This document shows positions 1 to 10,075 of a stretch of DNA of 37,673 nucleotides, one piece after another. The notes under the pieces were generated by a model. That model worked only from the letters and a program-made list of their open reading frames with translations, was not told the DNA's origin and did not search any database. This stretch comes from a virus: positions 1 through 37,673 of the IMG/VR virus record IMGVR_UViG_3300045963_000083. The stretch is one strand, 5' to 3'. The position numbers were made by a program, and so were the translations under genes. Every line of letters starts with the position of its first letter. Position 1 is the stretch's first letter.

Positions 1-75
1 AACGTTTCTGACAGAAAACCGTTAGTATAACGATCTAACCAAAGCTTATACGGGCCTGACAGGTTCCAGCGGCGT
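1..75. repeat. Terminal direct repeat copy 1 (identical to 37599..37673); circular-assembly overlap or terminal redundancy
   Basis: Bases 1-75 (aacgtttctgacagaaaaccg...ggttccagcggcgt) recur exactly as the last 75 bases of the window. Confidence 0.95.
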
Positions 76-131
76 GGGATGATTAAACAGTCTAAAGACT
101 ATTTATTATTCAACTTCAAAGGAATTTATTT

Positions 132-1094
132 ATGGCAGGCCCATCAAGTACTTTTACCGAACTGGTTTCAACCACGTTCAGAAAACACAGAAAAGAAATC
201 AAAGACAACGTTTCGAATCGTAACGCGTTATTTAAACGCATTATGAAGAAAGGAAACTATATTACTGAGGATGGCGGTACTTCTATCGTTACTCCACTCG
301 ATTATGCACAAAACTCCACTTACCAAAGATACAGCGATTGGGATACTTTAAACATATCTCAGTCTGATGTTATTTCAGCAGCTGAATACCAATGGCGTCA
401 AATTGCTATTAACGTTGTAGCTTCTGGCCGTGAATTGCGTATCAACTCTGGTGATTCACGCATTATCAATCTGGCTAAATCCAGAATGAAAAATGCTATC
501 CGCACATTTAACAATAACTTTTCATCTGATTTGTATAGCTCAGGATCATTGAGCAATCAAATTGGTGGATTGCAGTTAATTGTTTCTGATGTTGGCACTG
601 GTACAGTCGGTGGTATTGATTCTTCTGTTTGGACGTTCTGGCAAAACAAAGTTTTTGACTTATCTGTTAACTCTGTGACTATTTCATCAACTACTATCGA
701 AGGTTCTGCAATGCTTCCTTTGTGGTTACAATTAGACAGAGGCCCAGATGATTGTCCTGATTTGATTGTTGCTGATAATAACTTCTATTCATTTTTTGAA
801 GCGTCACAAACATCATTTAAAAGATATATGTCTTTTGATAGTGTTGATGCTGGTATCGTTGCTATTAAGTATAAAAACGCTGATGTTCTCTATGATGGTA
901 ACAGCGGTATTCCTGCAAATCATATGTATTTTTTGAATACTGAGTATTTAAAACTTGTTGTTCACAAAGACGCTGATTTGACAGAGATACCAGAACAAAG
1001 ACCAGTTAACCAAGACGGTGCGGTTATTCCGATACTATGGATGGGCAACTTAACTTGTTCTAACCGTTTCCAACAAGGCGTCATATTGCCTTAA
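132..1094 (+). CDS. Major capsid protein (HK97-fold, podovirus type)
   Basis: 320 aa. Lies directly downstream of the acidic scaffold-like gene across the circular junction. AAGGAA RBS, own promoter-like element upstream, strong hairpin-T terminator after the stop. N-terminus resembles podoviral coat proteins (from memory). Confidence 0.75.
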   Translation: MAGPSSTFTELVSTTFRKHRKEIKDNVSNRNALFKRIMKKGNYITEDGGTSIVTPLDYAQNSTYQRYSDWDTLNISQSDVISAAEYQWRQIAINVVASGRELRINSGDSRIINLAKSRMKNAIRTFNNNFSSDLYSSGSLSNQIGGLQLIVSDVGTGTVGGIDSSVWTFWQNKVFDLSVNSVTISSTTIEGSAMLPLWLQLDRGPDDCPDLIVADNNFYSFFEASQTSFKRYMSFDSVDAGIVAIKYKNADVLYDGNSGIPANHMYFLNTEYLKLVVHKDADLTEIPEQRPVNQDGAVIPILWMGNLTCSNRFQQGVILP

Positions 1095-1102
1095 TAACAA
1101 AT

Positions 1103-1127
1103 AGCCCTGCTTAGGTGGGGCTTTTTC
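1103..1127 (+). terminator. Rho-independent terminator after capsid gene
   Basis: agccctgc-ttag-ggtggggct stem (8 bp including 2 G-U pairs) followed by ttttt. Confidence 0.8.
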
Positions 1128-1149
1128 AATACTGAATAGGAATAAAATT

Positions 1150-1863
1150 ATGTTCTCTCCCGTACATTATGCAGGTGCACAGCCTTTCAACGATTGGTTT
1201 GCACCTGATACAACACAAAGACACGCTTTAGGCTTAGAAGTGGCAGCCGTTGACCCTTATTGGGGCGGCGCTTTCTTTGTTTATTTCAAATCTAATGATG
1301 CTATTTTAAAGGGTTCTGTTGTTGTCTTAGATGAGACATTTACAGGTGTTTTGCTTCCTTCTACTGTAACCCAAGGTTTTAGTTTTGGTGTTGCAATGGC
1401 GCCAATGGCAGCCGGAACTTATGGCTGGATGCAAATATCAGGGCGCGCAGTTTACAAAACAAATGCGACTGTTGCAGCTGATGGCGTTTTAGCTATTGCT
1501 GCCGCTGGTATTTTAGGTGCTACCGCTACAGGCAAACAGGTTATAGGTATTCGCAATCGGGTATCAGCAACAGGTACTGTAACATTCGCAAATACAACTA
1601 CTATTACAGGTAGTTCTGTATTGATTGTTTCAGGCGGTTATGATGGTGCTTTCCTAGGCATGGCTCTTTCTGGTACAGGTATTCCAGTCTCCACGGTTGC
1701 AGCTAAACTTAATCCAGACGGACGTACCATTTTAATGGGTTCATCTGTTGGAGTAGTTGACAAGCTATCAACTGGATCTGGTGGCATTACTATGACTGGA
1801 ACTTATACCGGTTATGGGTCTGGTATTATTAACCGCCCTAGCTGCATGCAAATAGTAACCTAA
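1150..1863 (+). CDS. Putative capsid decoration/cement protein (DUF2190-like N-terminal half plus Gly/Thr-rich extension)
   Basis: 237 aa immediately after the capsid gene, flanked by terminators. The GSVVVLDE...GVAMAPMAAGTYGWMQISGRA pattern resembles DUF2190 head decoration proteins (weak, from memory). Confidence 0.4.
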   Translation: MFSPVHYAGAQPFNDWFAPDTTQRHALGLEVAAVDPYWGGAFFVYFKSNDAILKGSVVVLDETFTGVLLPSTVTQGFSFGVAMAPMAAGTYGWMQISGRAVYKTNATVAADGVLAIAAAGILGATATGKQVIGIRNRVSATGTVTFANTTTITGSSVLIVSGGYDGAFLGMALSGTGIPVSTVAAKLNPDGRTILMGSSVGVVDKLSTGSGGITMTGTYTGYGSGIINRPSCMQIVT

Positions 1864-1879
1864 TAGTTATATATCCGCT

Positions 1880-1903
1880 CTGGCCCTTCGGGGCCAGTTT
1901 TTT
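1880..1903 (+). terminator. Rho-independent terminator
   Basis: ctggccc-ttcg-gggccag perfect 7-bp GC stem followed by tttttt. Confidence 0.85.
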
Positions 1904-1921
1904 AATTAATTCAGGAATTTT

Positions 1922-2554
1922 ATGTTATCAGTACGACAAGAAGACGCCCCTTTAAAGCCTTTTGTTAGATTTCAAAGGGAAGCCGTAGAAAACAAATCTG
2001 AGACTTTAAGGCAAGGGCATTATGTTGCTACCGATGTGGATTACGTATTTGTTACTCCGCCCTATTCAAAAGATATTTTCAAGCAAAAAGTAGCGGCTTG
2101 GTTTTCTCAGATTGAGCAGGATGCACAAAATCAACGCATTCCGAGCGAATGGGTTAGTGATTACAAAAAAGCTTATGATTACTTTAAAAAGGGGCAAGAA
2201 TTGCCTTTAGATGGTATAGCTATCAAAGGCTGGGGCGTTATTAGCCCAGCACAGCAAGAAACATTGATAAAGATGCATATTTTAACCGTTGAGCAGTTAG
2301 CGGCTGTTAATGATGAAGGTTTAAAGCGCATAGGCATGGGATCAGTTGACTTAAAGAATAAGGCCAAAGCTTGGTTATTAAGTCTTAAAAAATCAGGATC
2401 AGTTTCTATTGAAATAGCACAGCTAAAAAAAGAAAATGAAGAGCTTAAAAAGAACCTTGAGATTCTAATGTCTAAATTTGAGGCATTGCCAAAAGAAACA
2501 GAAAGACATTCTATCGAAGTTGATGATTTACTAGACGACTATGACGCTTCTTAG
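1922..2554 (+). CDS. Hypothetical virion-module protein with C-terminal coiled coil
   Basis: 210-aa ORF in the structural operon. Its stop overlaps the next start. No recognisable motif. Confidence 0.6.
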   Translation: MLSVRQEDAPLKPFVRFQREAVENKSETLRQGHYVATDVDYVFVTPPYSKDIFKQKVAAWFSQIEQDAQNQRIPSEWVSDYKKAYDYFKKGQELPLDGIAIKGWGVISPAQQETLIKMHILTVEQLAAVNDEGLKRIGMGSVDLKNKAKAWLLSLKKSGSVSIEIAQLKKENEELKKNLEILMSKFEALPKETERHSIEVDDLLDDYDAS

Positions 2555-3251
2555 TTTAGTCCAAAAAGTATTACAGCGCTTCGGGCTTCCTACTACAAAC
2601 ACAGTAGTAGGAACAACAGACGGCCGTATTACTCAAATGATGGCCTTGCTCGAAGAAGAAGGGCAATCGTTAGCAGCGCGTCATACTTGGAACGGATTAC
2701 AGACAGAAGCAGTTATAACGACAAATGGATTAGAGGATCAAGGAAGTATTGAAACCCTAGCGCCAGGGTATAACTATATTCGTAACGAGACTCTATGGGA
2801 TCGTACTCATGTATTGCCGGTATTGGGGCCTTTATCTGATAAAGATTGGCAAGGTCTTAAAGCTATATCGAATACAGGGCCACGCTATCAATTTAGATTA
2901 AGAGGCAATCATTTATTAGTTTTGCCAGCTCCGGCAGTTAGTCATACATTTGCTTTTGAATACCAGTCCGATAATTGGATTCTTGATGTTGATGGAACTA
3001 CCACAAAAGATTCTTTTACGGCTGATACTGATACGTTCAGGATACCAGAAGTATTATTGCTATCTGGCTTACGTTGGAGATGGGCAGCAGAAAAAGGGCT
3101 TGAATATAGCGAGCTTTTTAATAACTATGAATATCAAGTGAAAGATGCTATTGCTAGGGATGGTGGTAGAAAAACATTACATTCCGACTTTGAACATATA
3201 CATCAAGCGCCAGGCATTTATATTCCTAATGGAAACTGGACAGTTCCATGA
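2541..3251 (+). CDS. Putative head-tail adaptor / tail tubular A-like protein
   Basis: 236 aa. N-terminus MTLLSLVQKVLQRFGLPTTNTVVG resembles a conserved podoviral structural protein. Assignment is mainly by position. Confidence 0.35.
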   Translation: MTLLSLVQKVLQRFGLPTTNTVVGTTDGRITQMMALLEEEGQSLAARHTWNGLQTEAVITTNGLEDQGSIETLAPGYNYIRNETLWDRTHVLPVLGPLSDKDWQGLKAISNTGPRYQFRLRGNHLLVLPAPAVSHTFAFEYQSDNWILDVDGTTTKDSFTADTDTFRIPEVLLLSGLRWRWAAEKGLEYSELFNNYEYQVKDAIARDGGRKTLHSDFEHIHQAPGIYIPNGNWTVP

Positions 3252-4813
3252 GGGCGGCGGCAAAGTCTAAAATTGCAAATAGAGGGCAATCAAGCTCTTT
3301 TAAGTCTATCCCTGCGCCTGTTAGTGGATGGAATGCAATTGATGCAATTGCCGACATGAAAGACACAGAAGCATTAACGCTTGAAAACTGGTTCCCTCAA
3401 ACTGGATATTGTGAGATACGCGGCGGCTCAACGTCACACGCTACAGGGATGACAGGAAACGGAAAAACTTTAATGATTCATAACTCTATCACAGGCACAA
3501 ACAAGATGTTTTGTTCGACTGCTAGTGGAGTTTATAACGTATCTAGTGCCGGTGCTGTAGGCGCATCCGTAGCAGCACGAACAAATGGTAAGCATCAATG
3601 GACTATGTTCGGTGACGGTACGAATCAATGGTTAATAGCCGTTAATGGTGTCGATAAACCACTTTATTATGACGGTACGACTTGGGTTGCAGTCGATGGC
3701 GTAAGCGTACCAGCTTTGACTGGATTGACTACCACTACTTTGGTTGGGCTAACGATATTTAAAGGTCGATTGATGTTTTTACAGAATAGTTCACTGGCTT
3801 TTTGGTACTTGCCATCAGGCGTAGCGGGTGGGTTATTAGTTAAGTTTGATTTATCTGGTGTTGCTCAAATGGGCGGCTATTTGATGGCTATGGCATCATG
3901 GACATTAGACCCAGGCATTGGCCCAGATGATAGGATGGTATTTGTTACATCAAAGGGTGAAGTTTTGTTATATGGTGGCTCTGATCCATCAAGCGCATCA
4001 ACATGGGGATTAGTTGGCATTTATAAGACTGGTATCCCTTTGGGCCGTAAGTGCATAGTAAAACAAGGATCTGACCTAGTTATTTTAACTCAGTCAGGAG
4101 CTTTTGCAATGAATACCATTACCCAGGCAACAGGATCAAGTTATGCCGGTGCTGTATCAAGAAAGATACAAACAATTTTTAATCAATCAGCAACTTTGTA
4201 CGGTTCAATTTTTGGTTGGTGCTCTGTTGTAGTACCTGCAAAAAATGCGGTGGTTGTTAATATTCCGCATGTTGAAGATGGATTACATGAGCAGTACGTC
4301 ATGAATACTATCACGTTAGCATGGTGCAAATTTACCGGATGGAATGCTGAGGATTTCGCTGTATTTAATGACGAATTATATTATTGTTCGGGTACTTCGG
4401 TTATTCATGCATGGACGGGAGTTTCTGATATAGGAAGTAATATTGTTGCTTATGGTAAAACAGCCTTTGGCATGTTTGGCACACAAACATTAAAAAGCAT
4501 TAATTTAATGCGACCTATGTTGCAAGCAGATGGGCCGGTGAATTATTTTATGGACGCTGATGTTGATTTTGAAGATAAAGAAATAGTCGGGAATCCTGTT
4601 GTAACTTCTTCAAACTCATCATTATGGGATTCTGGAACGTGGGATTCTTCTTTGTGGGGTGGATCATCATTACAAATTATAAAAGACTGGCAATCCGTCA
4701 ATGCATGGACTGGTTTTTATATATCAGGAAAGATTAAGGTATCAACTAAACAATATTCGGTTAGATGGTTGTCTACTGATTACATGTACGATACAGGAGG
4801 CCTGTTAACATGA
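3248..4813 (+). CDS. Putative tail tube/nozzle protein (tail tubular B-like)
   Basis: 521 aa, ATGA-coupled to the upstream gene. Beta-rich, Gly/Trp-rich sequence. Assignment by position in the tail module. Confidence 0.35.
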   Translation: MRAAAKSKIANRGQSSSFKSIPAPVSGWNAIDAIADMKDTEALTLENWFPQTGYCEIRGGSTSHATGMTGNGKTLMIHNSITGTNKMFCSTASGVYNVSSAGAVGASVAARTNGKHQWTMFGDGTNQWLIAVNGVDKPLYYDGTTWVAVDGVSVPALTGLTTTTLVGLTIFKGRLMFLQNSSLAFWYLPSGVAGGLLVKFDLSGVAQMGGYLMAMASWTLDPGIGPDDRMVFVTSKGEVLLYGGSDPSSASTWGLVGIYKTGIPLGRKCIVKQGSDLVILTQSGAFAMNTITQATGSSYAGAVSRKIQTIFNQSATLYGSIFGWCSVVVPAKNAVVVNIPHVEDGLHEQYVMNTITLAWCKFTGWNAEDFAVFNDELYYCSGTSVIHAWTGVSDIGSNIVAYGKTAFGMFGTQTLKSINLMRPMLQADGPVNYFMDADVDFEDKEIVGNPVVTSSNSSLWDSGTWDSSLWGGSSLQIIKDWQSVNAWTGFYISGKIKVSTKQYSVRWLSTDYMYDTGGLLT

Positions 4814-5235
4814 TTATAGATAACGACTATGATCGTTGTAGAGCCTTTTTAAAGGAGCATGGCGGGCAATCCCATGTCGAAGAAATTTGTATCGGTTACG
4901 AGTCAAATGGAGATCTTATAGCGGCTATTGGTTATGGGTGGTACACGGGAAAGACTATGCATATGCACATTGCTAAATTAGCAGGTCGTTATGTTCCAAT
5001 GTCTTTTATGTGGTTTGCTTTTTATTACCCATTTGTACAATGCGGAGTAAAGATGTTGATGTGTGTAACTGACTCCATGAACAAGGCCGATAAGATAGCG
5101 CAACACGCAGGTTTTAGATTGGCACATAGCATACCTGATGCCGGATTAGAAGGAGACTTAAATACATGGATTTTAGACAAACATAACGCTAAATTACTAA
5201 ATTATAAACCGAGGTTAAAATATGGGCGGTTCTAA
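4810..5235 (+). CDS. Hypothetical protein, possible degenerate GNAT-like fold
   Basis: 141 aa, ATGA-coupled. C-terminal NKADKIAQHAGFRLAHSIPD resembles the GNAT beta5-alpha4-beta6 region, but no Q/RxxGxG/A motif is seen. Confidence 0.3.
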   Translation: MIIDNDYDRCRAFLKEHGGQSHVEEICIGYESNGDLIAAIGYGWYTGKTMHMHIAKLAGRYVPMSFMWFAFYYPFVQCGVKMLMCVTDSMNKADKIAQHAGFRLAHSIPDAGLEGDLNTWILDKHNAKLLNYKPRLKYGRF

Positions 5236-6070
5236 AGCTCCCGCAGCGCCGGATTACGTAGGAGCCGCACAAGCACAAGGCGCGGCCGATTTGCAAGCAG
5301 CTATTGCAACGGGTAAAATTAATAATCCAACTGTTAACAATCCGTATGGATCACAAACGGTTACATGGGGCGGTGCACAAGGCACAGAGCCAACTATTAA
5401 TCAGACGCTTAGTCCTGAACAGAAGAAGATATTTGATGCTAATAACGCAGCTAAAGAGACGCTATCTAATGCCGGTATAACTTCTGCTAATCAAGTACAG
5501 TCTGCACTAGGTACGCCACTAGATTATAGCAAGTTAGGGCCAGCGCCAACAGGTTCAGTTAAAGCAAGACAAGACGTTATAGATGCAGCAATGAGTCGAG
5601 TTAATACTGATACAGCAGGGCAAAGAACGGCTAAAAATAGCGAATTAATAGCAGCAGGTATACGCCCAGGTACGCCAGCCTATGAAACAGCAATGGCAGG
5701 CATTGACCGTCAATATAATGACGCTCGACAACAAGCCATATTGAACGCAACAGGCGCTGCGCAGGCTGATTACGGTATAGACCAAAATGCACGCAATCAA
5801 GCTATATTTGAAATGATGCAACAACGTCAAACGCCTTTGAATGAGGTTAACGCTTTAGCGTCAGGATCACAAATAAATAGCCCATTTAGCGGATCGTTAG
5901 GGTATCAGCCAGGGGCGCAAGTTGGAGCTGCTCCGGTATTTAATGCACAAGTACAGCAAGGCCAAGCTAATCAAAATCAGTATAATCAAAATCAAGCATC
6001 GTATAACAGCAATGTATCAGCTGGTGCCGGTTTAATTGGTTCTTTAGGATCAGCGGCTTTAAGTAGATAA
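5222..6070 (+). CDS. Putative internal virion/ejection protein (Ala/Gln/Asn-rich)
   Basis: 282 aa. Low-complexity Q/N/A-rich sequence starting MGGSKAPAAPDY. Lies upstream of the transglycosylase-containing protein. Confidence 0.45.
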   Translation: MGGSKAPAAPDYVGAAQAQGAADLQAAIATGKINNPTVNNPYGSQTVTWGGAQGTEPTINQTLSPEQKKIFDANNAAKETLSNAGITSANQVQSALGTPLDYSKLGPAPTGSVKARQDVIDAAMSRVNTDTAGQRTAKNSELIAAGIRPGTPAYETAMAGIDRQYNDARQQAILNATGAAQADYGIDQNARNQAIFEMMQQRQTPLNEVNALASGSQINSPFSGSLGYQPGAQVGAAPVFNAQVQQGQANQNQYNQNQASYNSNVSAGAGLIGSLGSAALSR

Positions 6071-6960
6071 TGAGAAAAGTAGACTATACAAAAACCCCAG
6101 ATTATAGGGAAGGTTGGCAAGATCCAAATAAATCTGCTATTGGCGGTTTAGTTGGCTCTACCTTTGGCGTTGACCCTACAAATTGGGGATCAAGTCCAGC
6201 TACAGGCGAGCTGGCCTTGATGAATACCGTTTTGACGGGTGCTAATAGGGTATTGGCTCCGGTATTGAGTGCAGAAGCAGCGGGGCCAGGTCAGGCTGAT
6301 CCTATTAGACAAACACTAAGTCATGTTGATCCAGAAACACACAAGGCATATCAATCATGGTGGAATAATCACGGCGGTGATATAGCAGCAATTGCAGCAG
6401 CTACTTATTTTACAGGAGGAGCAGCAGGATCGGCTATTCAAGGCTCAGAAGCGGCAGCGGCAGCACCTGCAGCAGGCGGCGCAGCAGGCGCAGCGGGTGG
6501 CACTTCTTCATTAGGTGCAGCAGGAGCGGCGGCGATTACACCAGAATTGGCTTATGGTGGAGCAGCAGCAGGCGCAGGCGCGGCAGGATCAACGACAGGA
6601 AGTTTAGTTGGGGCGGGTGCAATAACGCCAGCTTTTGCGTCTGGTGCTTATGGTGGAGCAGCGGGTGCGTTTGGTTCTGGTACATTGGGCGCAGCAGGAA
6701 CAGCGGCGGCAACTAATGCATTGACGCCATCTTTGGCTAGTTTGGGTACAGCAGGCGCAGGTACAAGCGCATTGGATAAAATAGTCAATGCAGCAAAACA
6801 AGCTAATAAATTTGATAAATATCGCTCTAATATTATGAAAATAGCTAATCCAAATCAAGCTAATTTAGAACAGACGAAGCAGCAACAATTAGCGCAAATA
6901 ATCATGGACTCTAATAAAAACAGAATTAAGCCTATAACCGTTAAACGGTGGACTAAATGA
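6070..6960 (+). CDS. Gly/Ala-rich putative internal virion protein
   Basis: 296 aa with a long AAGGAAGAAGG-type low-complexity core. Start overlaps the previous stop (TAATG). Confidence 0.45.
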   Translation: MRKVDYTKTPDYREGWQDPNKSAIGGLVGSTFGVDPTNWGSSPATGELALMNTVLTGANRVLAPVLSAEAAGPGQADPIRQTLSHVDPETHKAYQSWWNNHGGDIAAIAAATYFTGGAAGSAIQGSEAAAAAPAAGGAAGAAGGTSSLGAAGAAAITPELAYGGAAAGAGAAGSTTGSLVGAGAITPAFASGAYGGAAGAFGSGTLGAAGTAAATNALTPSLASLGTAGAGTSALDKIVNAAKQANKFDKYRSNIMKIANPNQANLEQTKQQQLAQIIMDSNKNRIKPITVKRWTK

Positions 6961-8594
6961 ATCAAGAGCAATACTTACAAGATCAAGCAGCGATTGAACG
7001 CCGTCAGCGTATAGCACAAATGCTTATGGAGCAAGGAAGTACGCCAATTGATACTACACAAATGGCTGGCGGTTATGTCATTCCTGTTAGCCCATTAACC
7101 GCAGTGTCTAAAATTGCTCAGCAATTATCAGGTGCTTATATTGGTAAGAAAGCTAGCCAGAAAGAAGCAGCATTGAAAGCACAAAGATTGCAAGAGCTTG
7201 GATCAATCAATTTTAATTCTGGTGATTTGCCTGGGGAATTAGTTAAGGCTGGTTATCCAGAAGAAGCCATAAAGATACAAATGCAGAAAGCGCAACAACA
7301 AAGCCCTAACAGATACCAGCCGACAAACATGGTTGTTATGGGTAAAGACAATCAATTGCATGTGAGAAGATTCGGCAGCGACCCATCGGCGGCAGTTATT
7401 GAAGATTCTGCCAATGTTCCGAATGATATTCAATATTTAAATAATGGGCAAGAATTTATCCCAAGCCCTAAAAAAGCAATTACACAGAATAACGACATTC
7501 CGGGAAATATTCCATTTAATGAAAGATTAACGCAAGCATTTGGTGCAGTAGAATCAAATAATAACCCTAATGCACAAAGCCCAACATCTACAGCATCAGG
7601 CGCTTATCAATTTACTGACGGTACTAGAAACGATGCCGGCTTAAATGGTGCAAGTCCAGAACAAGAAACAGCATTTATGAATGAATTAAACAAGGCTAGA
7701 TTGTCAAGATACCAAGACCCAAGACTAGCTATTTTATCACATAACATAGGGTTAACAGGTGCCGACCAAGTTGCATCTGGTAAGAGAGCAATTACACCAA
7801 AAATGGAAAATTATGTAAAAATGGTTTATGACAAGATGGGAATAGATAACCCGCTTAAAATGAAACTAACCCCCGCACAAGCTTTAGAAAATGACCCTAA
7901 TCAAAAAGCAGCATTAGCAGCGGCGGCAGCGGAAGCAGTTTTACCGGCAAAAGCTAAGGAAGCCATTATAAATTCACAAAATGACATAAGTAAACAAGGG
8001 AATTTATCATCAATAGAGTCTGATAAAAAAGCTTACCAAGAGCAACAAAAATCTATTATTGATAGTTACAATAAATTTAATGATGTAAAGGTACAGATGG
8101 GGGCTTTTGATAGGGCCAAAGCAGCTATAGAAAATGCAAGGCCATTAATGGGAACATTTGCAGATACTCGGATTAATTTAGCAAAAGCAATGAAAACAAT
8201 TAATGGCAAAAAGAACCCATCATTAACAGCAGTTGAAGAATTAAAAACAAATTTATTTCAGCCAATTATGTCGTTACTTAAAAGTGTCGATGCTTCACCG
8301 TCTCAACAACAACAAGCAAAAATGGAGGAGGCTTTTGGTAATCCTGGAACAGATCCGGATGCTTTAATACAAAAAATAGACGATATGAAGCAAATGTTTC
8401 TTGATAAAGTTACAGCGCACAATGAAATGGCCAAGAAAGGAGTTGAGTCTGGTATGAAGTTTCCTGTAAATCCAATAGTAAATATTAACGATAATAAAGA
8501 TACTACAAACGGATACAGTCATGCAGATTTAGAGCATACAGCTAAAATACACGGTATAACAGTTGAAGAAGTTAAAAAAAGGTTGGGTAAATAA
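6957..8594 (+). CDS. Internal virion protein with soluble lytic transglycosylase (SLT) domain
   Basis: 545 aa. GAVESNNNPNAQSPTSTASGAYQFT matches the E-S...NP.A.S..GA.G..Q goose-type/SLT signature. Confidence 0.7.
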   Translation: MNQEQYLQDQAAIERRQRIAQMLMEQGSTPIDTTQMAGGYVIPVSPLTAVSKIAQQLSGAYIGKKASQKEAALKAQRLQELGSINFNSGDLPGELVKAGYPEEAIKIQMQKAQQQSPNRYQPTNMVVMGKDNQLHVRRFGSDPSAAVIEDSANVPNDIQYLNNGQEFIPSPKKAITQNNDIPGNIPFNERLTQAFGAVESNNNPNAQSPTSTASGAYQFTDGTRNDAGLNGASPEQETAFMNELNKARLSRYQDPRLAILSHNIGLTGADQVASGKRAITPKMENYVKMVYDKMGIDNPLKMKLTPAQALENDPNQKAALAAAAAEAVLPAKAKEAIINSQNDISKQGNLSSIESDKKAYQEQQKSIIDSYNKFNDVKVQMGAFDRAKAAIENARPLMGTFADTRINLAKAMKTINGKKNPSLTAVEELKTNLFQPIMSLLKSVDASPSQQQQAKMEEAFGNPGTDPDALIQKIDDMKQMFLDKVTAHNEMAKKGVESGMKFPVNPIVNINDNKDTTNGYSHADLEHTAKIHGITVEEVKKRLGK

Positions 8595-10024
8595 TGCCTA
8601 AAGATTTATTGGCAGAGCAGCCAAAAGATTTGCTATCCACAGAACAGCCAGAAAAGAGCGCGTTAAGTCGTTTTTTGTCGGGTATTGGTGGCGATACATT
8701 ACAAAGTGTATCAGCTTTAACAGGTGGCGCATTGCCATATAAATATGCCAACGAAGGGCTGAATAATGCTACTGGAATAGCGGGAGAGCTAGGAAAATTG
8801 TCCGGTGAAATAGCAAAATATTCAATATTGCCAGGTGGAGGATTATTATCTAGTGCAGTTCAGCAAGCTGCATTAACAGCAGCTACCACGCCAGGTGACG
8901 TAAAAGAAAGGCTAACTCAGGGCGCTTTAACTGGTGGCTTATCTGCCGGTTTTGGAGTATTGCCAACTATAATAAAAAAATCAGGTAGTGTCCTTGGAAC
9001 TTTAATCGGTGAACTTGGAACTCATACAGGGGGAGAAACTATAAAAGATGCAGCTAGATCTGGATATATTGGCGGCGATAAGTTACAAGCATTTTTAAAT
9101 AGTATGCGTGATAAAATACCACAAACTGATATTGTAAATCTTGAAAAGAAAGCGTTGTCAAATATTGGTAAACAACATAGCCAAGAATATACAACAGCAT
9201 TGGATGCATTAAAACAAGATAGAACCGTTTTAAATTATGTACCTATTGAACAAGCATCACAAAAAGCTTTAAATGTAAGCAATTATGAAGGTCATTCAAT
9301 AAATAAACAGGCCGCAAAAGCTCAAGACCAAATAGCTAAAGCTGTTGAAGAATGGAGCGGAAGAGCAAATGGTTTTAATCCAGGATTTGATCCATCTAAA
9401 GCCCATACAATTGAAGGGTTAGATGCATTAAAAAAGAAAATAGGAAACATACGCGAAGAATATATGCCAGGAACTCCAGCAAGAGTTTCAGCAAATATGG
9501 TATATAATTCTATAAAAGGTGCCATTGACGAGCAAGCTCCAAAGTATGCAGAATTAATGAAAAAGACACAAAGTAACATTAAGCTTAGAAAAGAAATAAC
9601 AAAAGAATTAAGCTTAGGGGAAAATACTTCTGACTCAACCGCATTAAGAAAAGCATTAGCTATTCCACGTAACAATGCCAATACAAATTACGGGAATAGA
9701 GTTACTTTGGCTCAATTATTAGAAAATAATGGTGCTGATAATTTAATGACTATGTTAAATGGACAAGCTTTAAACTCAGTAAAACCAAGGGGATTAGGCG
9801 GCATTGTTGCTAGTGGTTTAGGTGGGATAGGAATAGGCACATTAAATCCTTTGGTAATACCAGCAATGTTGACTCAATCCCCTAGATTAATGGGTGAATT
9901 GGCAGTTAAAACAGGACAAGGTGCTAAAATTGCTAAAAATGCAATAAGTAAAGTACCTGATAGCGTAAAACCAGCAATTATTAATGCTATACTAAATAAT
10001 AGGAAACAAGACAATGAAAAATAA
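8594..10024 (+). CDS. Putative internal virion/ejection protein
   Basis: 476 aa directly following the SLT protein (TAATG overlap). No motif recognised. Confidence 0.4.
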   Translation: MPKDLLAEQPKDLLSTEQPEKSALSRFLSGIGGDTLQSVSALTGGALPYKYANEGLNNATGIAGELGKLSGEIAKYSILPGGGLLSSAVQQAALTAATTPGDVKERLTQGALTGGLSAGFGVLPTIIKKSGSVLGTLIGELGTHTGGETIKDAARSGYIGGDKLQAFLNSMRDKIPQTDIVNLEKKALSNIGKQHSQEYTTALDALKQDRTVLNYVPIEQASQKALNVSNYEGHSINKQAAKAQDQIAKAVEEWSGRANGFNPGFDPSKAHTIEGLDALKKKIGNIREEYMPGTPARVSANMVYNSIKGAIDEQAPKYAELMKKTQSNIKLRKEITKELSLGENTSDSTALRKALAIPRNNANTNYGNRVTLAQLLENNGADNLMTMLNGQALNSVKPRGLGGIVASGLGGIGIGTLNPLVIPAMLTQSPRLMGELAVKTGQGAKIAKNAISKVPDSVKPAIINAILNNRKQDNEK

Positions 10025-10075
10025 ACCCACTCCAATGAAGCCAGGCAAGAAACCAACTAAGAAGGGCTGTTAGTA

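Noticed and set aside
9322-9681. 119-aa - strand ORF, with other short antisense or alternative-frame track ORFs inside structural genes (2179, 2950, 5645, 6604, 7239, 9874, 10375, 13631, 15213, 15562, 16817, 17518, 31918, 32176, 32675, 33289, 33921, 35406, 36482, 36518)
   Set aside because: All are nested within longer, better-supported genes, lack RBS and coupling signals, and have antisense-type composition.
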